Assembly: GCA_030616605.1 (NCBI GenBank)
Contig: JAUWWY010000001.1
Coordinates: forward strand, 4,251-68,250
Origin: a bacterium
GTDB taxonomy: Bacteria > Patescibacteriota > Minisyncoccia > Minisyncoccales > CG1-02-41-26
Length of the DNA stretch: 64,000 nt
Direction of reading: 5' to 3'
Both the position numbers and the translations under genes were made by a program. This document shows positions 57,102-64,000 of this stretch, in pieces. The notes beneath the pieces are model-generated. The model searched no databases, was not told the origin of the DNA, and saw nothing but the letters and a program-made list of their open reading frames with translations. How positions within the stretch are numbered: the first letter of the stretch is position 1; each line of letters begins with the position of its first letter.

Positions 57102-58931
57102 ATGACTTCAGAGAAAATTCGGAAGAAATTTTTGGATTTTTTTAAAGAGAAAGAACATAAAATTATTGCTTCGGGTTCTCTGATACCTGATGACCCGACT
57201 TCTCTTTTTACTTCAGCCGGGATGCAGCAGTTTATTTTATATTTAAAAGGAGAAAAAGACCCAATTCAAGATTTTGGCAGCCGACATTTGGCTTCTTGTC
57301 AAAAGTGCTTCCGAACCGCTGATATTGAAAAAGTTGGTGATGAAACTCATCTTACTTTTTTTGAGATGTTGGGAAACTGGTCGGTCGGGGAAGATTCAAA
57401 AATCGGCTATTTTAAAGAAGGGGCAATTAAATTAGCTTTGGAATTTTTCTGCCACAATCTTAAATTAGATAAGAATCGTTTTTGGATAACAATTTTTAAA
57501 GGAGAAAAAGGTATTCCCAGGGATGAGGAATCTTTTTTAATTTGGCAAGAAAATGGAATTCCTGAAGAGAGAATTAGAGAATTTGGAATAGAAGATAATT
57601 TTTGGGGTCCAGTGGTGGAAACCGGTCCCTGCGGACCTTGTTCTGAAATTCATTATGATAGAGGAGAGAGATTTGGCTGCAACAGAGAAGATTGCGGACC
57701 TAATTGTCCAAATTGCCAGCGATTTGTTGAATTATGGAATCTGGTTTTTATGGAATACGAAAGAGTAAAAAAAGAAGATGGCAGTTATAACTATGAAAAG
57801 TTGCCCCAAAAAAACGTTGACACAGGAGTTGGTTTCGAAAGATTAGTGGCAGTTCTCCAGGATAAAAATTCAGCTTATGAAACTGACCTTTTTTTGCCGC
57901 TAATCCAATTAATAGAAAAGAATTCTTTCAAGAAATACCCGGAAAATAAAAAAAGTTTCAGGATTTTAGTTGACCATTTAAGAGCCTCTGTCTTTTTAAT
58001 TTCAGAAGACATTTTGCCCAGTAACTTGGACAGGGGATATGTTTTAAGACGACTTTTACGGAGAATCCAAAGAATAAGTAAGATTTTAGAATTAAAAGAT
58101 GGCTGGGAAGTTGAACCGATAAAATGGATAATTAAAAAATACCAAAAAGTTTATCCGGAATTAAGAGGAAAAGAGAATGATGTTTCGATTGTTATTGAAA
58201 AAGAAAGAGAGAAATTTGAAAAAACCCTTGCTGAGGGATTGAAGCATTTTGAGAAATTAATTGAAAAGAAAACTGAAAAAATTATTAAAGGAGAAGAAGC
58301 TTTTTTCTTATTTGAGAGCTATGGTTTTCCTTTAGAAATAATTGAAGAATTAGCAAGAGAGAAGGGTTTTGAAGTTGATAAATCTGGTTTTAAAGAATCT
58401 TTTAAAGAACATCAAAAGATTTCCCGGGCTGGGGTTGAAAAGAAATTTGGGGGAGTAGGAATTGAACAAATAGAAAAAGAAGAAGACAAGATAAAAGCAA
58501 TCAGATTACATACCGCAACTCACTTACTTCATCAGGCCTTGAGAAAAGTTTTAGGATCGCCAAAGACGATGGTTCAGCAAATGGGTTCTGACATTAATCC
58601 TGAAAGATTAAGATTTGATTTTTCTTTTGAAAAGAAAATGACTTCTGAAGAAATTAAAAAGGTTGAGAATTTAGTTAATCAGAAAATAAAAGGTGATTTG
58701 GAAGTTAAAAAAGAAGAAATGAGTTTGAAACAAGCCTTGGAAATTGGTGCTTTAGCATTTTTTAAAGAGAAATACCCTGAAAAAGTTTTTGTTTATAGTA
58801 TTGGAGATTTTTCCAAAGAAATTTGCAATGGTCCTCATGTTCAGAGAACATCGGAATTAGGGGAGTTCAAAATCAAAAAAGAAGAATCCTCAGGAGCAGG
58901 CATAAGAAGAATTAAAGCAATTTTAAAATAA
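57102..58931 (+). CDS. alaS: Alanine-tRNA ligase (short form without C-Ala domain)
   Basis: FFEMLGN, DTGVGFER, HTATHLLH, CNGPHV. Confidence 0.95.
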   Translation: MTSEKIRKKFLDFFKEKEHKIIASGSLIPDDPTSLFTSAGMQQFILYLKGEKDPIQDFGSRHLASCQKCFRTADIEKVGDETHLTFFEMLGNWSVGEDSKIGYFKEGAIKLALEFFCHNLKLDKNRFWITIFKGEKGIPRDEESFLIWQENGIPEERIREFGIEDNFWGPVVETGPCGPCSEIHYDRGERFGCNREDCGPNCPNCQRFVELWNLVFMEYERVKKEDGSYNYEKLPQKNVDTGVGFERLVAVLQDKNSAYETDLFLPLIQLIEKNSFKKYPENKKSFRILVDHLRASVFLISEDILPSNLDRGYVLRRLLRRIQRISKILELKDGWEVEPIKWIIKKYQKVYPELRGKENDVSIVIEKEREKFEKTLAEGLKHFEKLIEKKTEKIIKGEEAFFLFESYGFPLEIIEELAREKGFEVDKSGFKESFKEHQKISRAGVEKKFGGVGIEQIEKEEDKIKAIRLHTATHLLHQALRKVLGSPKTMVQQMGSDINPERLRFDFSFEKKMTSEEIKKVENLVNQKIKGDLEVKKEEMSLKQALEIGALAFFKEKYPEKVFVYSIGDFSKEICNGPHVQRTSELGEFKIKKEESSGAGIRRIKAILK

Positions 58932-58966
58932 AGGTCGAAAAATAAATTATTAGGTTGTTAAATATT

Positions 58967-60103
58967 ATGTCTAAAACATTACAAACAATTATTTGGATTG
59001 TCATTATAGTCGTCATTATCGGAGTAATCTGGTATATCGCCAGTCGTAAACCAGCAGAGGAAGAAGCCATTAAGATTGGTGCGATATTACCTTTAACAGG
59101 AAAAGCAGCAAGTTATGGAGAATCGGCCAAAGTTGCTTTGGATTTGGCTCTGGAAGAAATAAACAAACAAGGTGGAATTAATGGAAGAAATATAGAACTT
59201 ATTTATGAAGACAGCCAAGGGCAACCACAGATGGGGGTAAGTGCAGCAAATAAACTAATTACTTTAGATAAAATCAATATAATTTTAGGACCTGTGATGA
59301 GTTCGGTTACTTTAGCTGTAGCGCCGATTGTAGAAGGGAATAAAGTTATATTAATGACTATCTCATCTGCTCCAGATATTACTTATGCTGGTGATTATGT
59401 TTTTAGAAATAGAGAAAAAACTACTCAGCAGTCTGAAAAAATGGCTGATTTTATATTTAAGATATTAGAAATCAAAGAAATAGCCACGCTTTATATGAAC
59501 GATGATACTGGCAAAGCACATCATTCAACTCTGGTAGAAAATTTTGAGAAATTAGGCGGAGAAGTTTTAATATCAGAGACTTATAATCCAGGGGCAGTTG
59601 ATTTTAGAACTCAGCTTACCAAAATCAAAGCAGTCAATCCTGAAGTTATTCATCTGGCTTCAAAACCAAAAGATGTGGGGATGATTTTAAAACAAGCAAA
59701 AGAATTAGCTATAGAAGCTCAATTCGTTGGGACTTCTGGAAGTGAGGGAGAAGAAGTAATAGAATTAGCAGGTGAAGCAGCCGAAGGATTAGTTTATTCA
59801 GTACCTTCCGGCGATATAACGAAACCAGGAGTAGCTGAGTTTTATGAAAAATACCAAGAAAAACATGAAAAAGGTTATGTGGAAGTGGGAGCTTTATTCT
59901 ATGATTCGTTAAAGATAATAACTATGCTTATGAAAGAATGTGAAAATCCTATTGATACCAATTGTTTAAAAGAAAAGTTATATCAAATTAAAGATTATCA
60001 AGGCGCCAGTGGCAAAACAAGCTTTGATGAATATGGTGATGCAACAAAAACAGTTATTCTCAAAACCATCAAAAACGGTCAGTTTGTGCCATATGAGGAA
60101 TAG
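58967..60103 (+). CDS. Branched-chain amino acid ABC substrate-binding protein (LivJ/K-like) paralog 1
   Basis: N-terminal anchor; IKIGAILPLTG; DFRTQLTKIK. Confidence 0.9.
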   Translation: MSKTLQTIIWIVIIVVIIGVIWYIASRKPAEEEAIKIGAILPLTGKAASYGESAKVALDLALEEINKQGGINGRNIELIYEDSQGQPQMGVSAANKLITLDKINIILGPVMSSVTLAVAPIVEGNKVILMTISSAPDITYAGDYVFRNREKTTQQSEKMADFIFKILEIKEIATLYMNDDTGKAHHSTLVENFEKLGGEVLISETYNPGAVDFRTQLTKIKAVNPEVIHLASKPKDVGMILKQAKELAIEAQFVGTSGSEGEEVIELAGEAAEGLVYSVPSGDITKPGVAEFYEKYQEKHEKGYVEVGALFYDSLKIITMLMKECENPIDTNCLKEKLYQIKDYQGASGKTSFDEYGDATKTVILKTIKNGQFVPYEE

Positions 60104-60105
60104 TT

Positions 60106-60969
60106 ATGTTTAGTCAATTATTTATCAATGGTTTAATAGCCGGCGCAATTTATGCTCTGGTGGCATCAGGGTTTTCTTTGATTTACTCAACCTGTAAGTT
60201 TATTCATTTTGCTCACGGAGCTGTAGTAGCAGTCACTGCTTATATTTTGTATTTATTTTTTTCTCTTTTGGGTTTGAATTTTTGGCTGGCCGTGATTTTG
60301 ACAATAATTTTCGCTGGATTTTTCGGCTGGTTGATTAACAAAATTCTTTATAAAAAACTCCGCAAAAGAAAAGCAAGTAATGTAATTTTACTGATTGCCA
60401 GTGTAGGTCTACTTATTTTATTAGAATCATTAATTTTATTGTTTTTTGGCGCTGACGTTAAGACAATCGGATTTATTAAAATAGCCAAGGGTTTAGAATT
60501 TTTAGGAGCTATTATTACGCCACTTCAAATCGTTATTATTATTTCATCTTTTGTTTTACTTTTTTTGTTATTTTTCTTTACAAAAAAAAGCAAAATCGGC
60601 AAAGCAATGCGGGCAGTAGCTGACAATAGGGATGTGGCAGAAATCGTTGGAATTTCTGCTGAAAAAATGTTTTCCTGGAGTTTTATTATAGGAAGTGCAA
60701 TTGCCGGAATAGCTGGCATTTTGGTTGGTTTGGAGCAGAATTTGGAGCCGACTATGGGAACAAATTTGATAATAAAAGGATTCACTGGAGCAATAATCGG
60801 TGGAATTGGTTCAGTGCCCGGAGCTATTTTAGGTTCTTTTTTGCTTGGTTTTTCTGAAAATTTCGGCATCTGGTTTTTACCATCGGGTTATAAGGATGCC
60901 ATTGCTTTTATAATCTTGTTCGTTTTCCTTTTAGCCCGTCCCCAGGGAATTTTGGGAAGAAAAAAATAA
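60106..60969 (+). CDS. livH: Branched-chain amino acid ABC permease LivH
   Basis: GAIYALVASGFSL, FAHG, GKAMRAVA. Confidence 0.9.
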   Translation: MFSQLFINGLIAGAIYALVASGFSLIYSTCKFIHFAHGAVVAVTAYILYLFFSLLGLNFWLAVILTIIFAGFFGWLINKILYKKLRKRKASNVILLIASVGLLILLESLILLFFGADVKTIGFIKIAKGLEFLGAIITPLQIVIIISSFVLLFLLFFFTKKSKIGKAMRAVADNRDVAEIVGISAEKMFSWSFIIGSAIAGIAGILVGLEQNLEPTMGTNLIIKGFTGAIIGGIGSVPGAILGSFLLGFSENFGIWFLPSGYKDAIAFIILFVFLLARPQGILGRKK

Positions 60970-60989
60970 TAGATAAAAGAGCATAATTT

Positions 60990-62108
60990 ATGAATAAAAC
61001 AGCAAAAACAATTTTATGGGTTGTCATTATAGTTATCGTTATTGGAGCAATTTGGTATGGAGTGACTAGAAAACCAACCACAGAAGAAGTGATAAAAATC
61101 GGAGCGATTTTACCTTTAACAGGAAAAAATGCTAGTTATGGTGAGCGGACTCAAAGGGGTATTGAATTAGCATTAGAAGAAGTAAATAAAGAGGAGAAAA
61201 TTATAGAAGTAATCTACGAGGACTCAAGAGGGGATCTTAAAGAAGCTGCTTCTGCTGCTCAAAAATTAATAAATATTGATAAAGTTCAGGTTTTATTTAG
61301 TCAATTAAGTGGGGTATCTCAAGCAATAGCTCCTATTGCTCAAGAAAATAAAATAATACTTTTCGGTTTTACTTCAACTCCTGGATTTACAAAACAGGGA
61401 GATTACATATTTAGTAATAGAGGAGATGCTACAAATATAGGAAAGAGACTTGGAGAATTCGCCATAGAAAAGGAATATAAGAAAGCGGCAATCGTCTATC
61501 TTAATAATGAGACTCATAAAGGAATAGAAGAAGGCTTTAGAGAGATATTTGAGAATAATGATAGAAGTGTTGTAATTTCAGAATTACATGAGAAAACCGA
61601 AACAGATTTCAGAACTATATTGACTAAAATAAAAGCTGCCCAGCCCCAAGTTATTTTATTTTCTTCCAGAGATAAATATGTGGCTATGATGTTAGTTCAA
61701 GCAAGAGAATTAGGACTGGACCAACAAGTGCTTTCTGTCCAGGGTATTGATAGTAAATCCTTTTTAGAGATTGCCCAACATACTGCAGAAGGTATTATCT
61801 ATGCTCAAACAATTGTTTATGAAGATATCACCAATCCAGAACTTCAAGAGACACTAAAAGAACATCAAAACAGATATGGAGAACCCATGAGTCTCTATGC
61901 CGCTAATAGTTATGACGTTGTAAAACTTTTAGCTAAGATTGTAAAAACAGGAATTAAAACATCCCCAGCGATAAAAATTGCCTTACTGGAAACCAGGGAT
62001 TTTCCAGGGATATCAGGGGACATCACCTTTGACGAAACCGGAAATGTCCATAAAGAAAATAAATTATTTACTGTTAAAAATGGCCAGTTTGTTCCCTATG
62101 AGGAGTAA
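60990..62108 (+). CDS. LivJ/K-like substrate-binding protein paralog 2
   Basis: IKIGAILPLTG; DFRTILTKIK; same C-terminus KNGQFVPYEE. Confidence 0.9.
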   Translation: MNKTAKTILWVVIIVIVIGAIWYGVTRKPTTEEVIKIGAILPLTGKNASYGERTQRGIELALEEVNKEEKIIEVIYEDSRGDLKEAASAAQKLINIDKVQVLFSQLSGVSQAIAPIAQENKIILFGFTSTPGFTKQGDYIFSNRGDATNIGKRLGEFAIEKEYKKAAIVYLNNETHKGIEEGFREIFENNDRSVVISELHEKTETDFRTILTKIKAAQPQVILFSSRDKYVAMMLVQARELGLDQQVLSVQGIDSKSFLEIAQHTAEGIIYAQTIVYEDITNPELQETLKEHQNRYGEPMSLYAANSYDVVKLLAKIVKTGIKTSPAIKIALLETRDFPGISGDITFDETGNVHKENKLFTVKNGQFVPYEE

Positions 62109-62120
62109 ATCACTATTATT

Positions 62121-62993
62121 ATGATTTCTGCTTATTTTATTCATCTTTTAATTTTAATCGGAATTTATTTGATTTTAGCAATTTCTTTACAGCTATCCGT
62201 TGGTTTTACCGGACTTTTAAATTTAGGTCATATTGCTTTTTATTGTGTTGGAGCTTATGCTTCTGCTTTACTTGCTTTAAACGGTTTTCCTTTTTGGATT
62301 TATTTTTTAGCAGCGGGTTTTTTGGCAATGATTTTTGGTTTTTTATTAAGCATCCCAACCAAAAAACTTAAGGGCGATTATTTAGCTCTTGCTACCTTGG
62401 GGTTTTCTTTTGTTATTTATGCTGTGGCTCTGAACTGGACAGGTTTAACCAGAGGACCTTTAGGGCTCCCTGGCATTCCAAGACCAACTCTCTTTGGTTT
62501 CACTTTTTCAGATAATGTTAGTTTTTTAATTTTAACTTTTATCATTGTTTTAATTTCTTATTTAATAATTAAAAAAATCACCATCTCTCCCTTTGGTAAG
62601 GTTTTGGAAGCAACCAGAGATGATGAATTAGCAACCAGGGTTTTGGGAAAAAATACTTTCAAAATGAAAAGTATTTCTTTAGCGACATCTGCTTTTTTCG
62701 CTGGTCTTGCCGGAAGCTTGTATGCTTCTTATATAACTTTCATTGACCCCTCATCTTTTACCTTGCTACAGCTAATTCCGGTTTTATGTATTGTCATTAT
62801 TGGTGGATTAGCTTCTTTAAAAGGAACTATCATTGCCACCATAATTTTGGTTTTATTGCCAGAACCCTTGCGATTTATAGGTTTTCCCTCATCAATTGTC
62901 GGCCCGGCAAGACAGATAATTTATGGTTTAATCTTGCTTTTAATCCTCGTTTATAGACCCAAAGGATTTTACGGTAAAGTAGAATTAGAATGA
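62121..62993 (+). CDS. livM: Branched-chain amino acid ABC permease LivM
   Basis: GFTGLLNLGH, GDYLALATLGF. Confidence 0.9.
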   Translation: MISAYFIHLLILIGIYLILAISLQLSVGFTGLLNLGHIAFYCVGAYASALLALNGFPFWIYFLAAGFLAMIFGFLLSIPTKKLKGDYLALATLGFSFVIYAVALNWTGLTRGPLGLPGIPRPTLFGFTFSDNVSFLILTFIIVLISYLIIKKITISPFGKVLEATRDDELATRVLGKNTFKMKSISLATSAFFAGLAGSLYASYITFIDPSSFTLLQLIPVLCIVIIGGLASLKGTIIATIILVLLPEPLRFIGFPSSIVGPARQIIYGLILLLILVYRPKGFYGKVELE

Positions 62994-62994
62994 A

Positions 62995-63732
62995 ATGTTA
63001 GAAATAAAAAATTTAAAAAAATATTTTGGTGGAGTAAAAGCAGTTGATAATTGTAGTTTTGAAGTTAAACCAAAAACAATTACAGCTTTAATTGGGCCTA
63101 ACGGGGCAGGGAAGTCAACGGTTTTTAATTTGGTTTCAGGAATTTTGAAAGCCGATTCGGGAAAGATTATTTTTTCCGGTGCCGATATTACAAAGGCAAA
63201 ACCAGAGAAAATTTCAAATTTAGGAATTTCAAGATTGTTTCAGCAAACAAAATTGTTTAACAATTTAACAGTTAAAGAAAATCTGCTTTTAGCATTAGAC
63301 AATGAGGATACAAAATTCTGGAAAAATTTATTTAGTTTAAATAAACTTAGTAAAGAAAAAGAAACGAAAATTAAGGAAATGCTAAATTTGATTGGAATGG
63401 AAAAATTTGAGAGTACTTTAACTCGGGATTTAAGTTATGGTCAAAAAAGATTAATTGAACTTTTGCGAACAATTTTAAATCCTCACAAATTCTTGATGGT
63501 GGATGAACCAGTGGCTGGAGTGAATCCAAAATTAAGAGAAGTAATTGCCAAAATTTTAGAAAAACTAAAAAACCAGGGAGAAACAATTTTATTGATTGAA
63601 CATGATATGAATTTCACTTTAAATGTCGCTGACTGGGTAATTGTTATGGAAAAAGGCAAAGTAATTGCCCAAGGCAAACCAGAGGAAATAAGAAATAATC
63701 CAAGGGTCTTAGAAGCCTATTTGGGAGAGTAA
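62995..63732 (+). CDS. livG: Branched-chain amino acid ABC ATP-binding protein LivG
   Basis: GPNGAGKST, LSYGQKR, EAYLG. Confidence 0.9.
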   Translation: MLEIKNLKKYFGGVKAVDNCSFEVKPKTITALIGPNGAGKSTVFNLVSGILKADSGKIIFSGADITKAKPEKISNLGISRLFQQTKLFNNLTVKENLLLALDNEDTKFWKNLFSLNKLSKEKETKIKEMLNLIGMEKFESTLTRDLSYGQKRLIELLRTILNPHKFLMVDEPVAGVNPKLREVIAKILEKLKNQGETILLIEHDMNFTLNVADWVIVMEKGKVIAQGKPEEIRNNPRVLEAYLGE

Positions 63733-63785
63733 TTTCTCTAAATTTGTCTTGACTTTTTTCTCAAGATATTAATTAATTAAATATT

Positions 63786-64000
63786 ATGACAAAAACAGCA
63801 AAAACAATTTTATGGGTTGTCATTATAGTTATCGTTATTGGAGCAATTTGGTATGGACTAACTAGAAAACCAGCAGAGGAGGTTATTAAGATTGGAGTAA
63901 TTACTCCTTTAAGTAGTGATATGGTAAATTGGGGAGAGAGTATGAAGGGAGGTATAGAGATAGCTGTTGATGAAAGAAATAGCATTATTAACGGAAAACC
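63786..64000 (+). CDS. LivJ/K-like substrate-binding protein paralog 3, truncated by window end
   Basis: MTKTAKTILWVVIIVIVIGAIWYG...IKIGVITPLS; frame open to end. Confidence 0.85.
   Translation, partial: MTKTAKTILWVVIIVIVIGAIWYGLTRKPAEEVIKIGVITPLSSDMVNWGESMKGGIEIAVDERNSIINGK

Overview
AT-rich bacterial chromosomal segment, very probably Patescibacteria/CPR (Parcubacteria-like). Evidence: the str-S10-spc ribosomal protein cluster lacks rpmD (L30), AlaRS is short, and core genes mostly have no Shine-Dalgarno. The right half (37-64 kb) is housekeeping: tRNA-Gly, tRNA-Pro, rpmB, rpsL-rpsG-fusA-tuf-S10-spc-secY-adk-map, galT, tpiA, alaS and a liv-type ABC cluster with three binding-protein paralogs. 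The left half mixes core genes (MacAB-like exporter, UPF0182, 2-oxoacid:ferredoxin oxidoreductase, class III RNR) with accessory DNA. Main results: (1) two paralogous ~200-nt structured non-coding elements (14756-14961, 15553-15781) with covarying stems, each with its own sigma70 promoter and boxA-like motif, flanking an ORF that resembles CPR DGR target proteins; (2) at least seven self-contained single-gene cassettes (promoter, boxA-like motif, strong SD, terminator), two of which put a near-identical 67-69 bp leader on unrelated genes; (3) a candidate defence island (type II R-M, HTH/PD-(D/E)xK nuclease, TGT-like CxCxxC protein, two PIN proteins); (4) a 6S-like rod RNA at 35586-35729; (5) short GC-rich palindromes, some inserted in-frame in proteins. 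Family assignments come from motif recognition only; no searches or folding programs were run.
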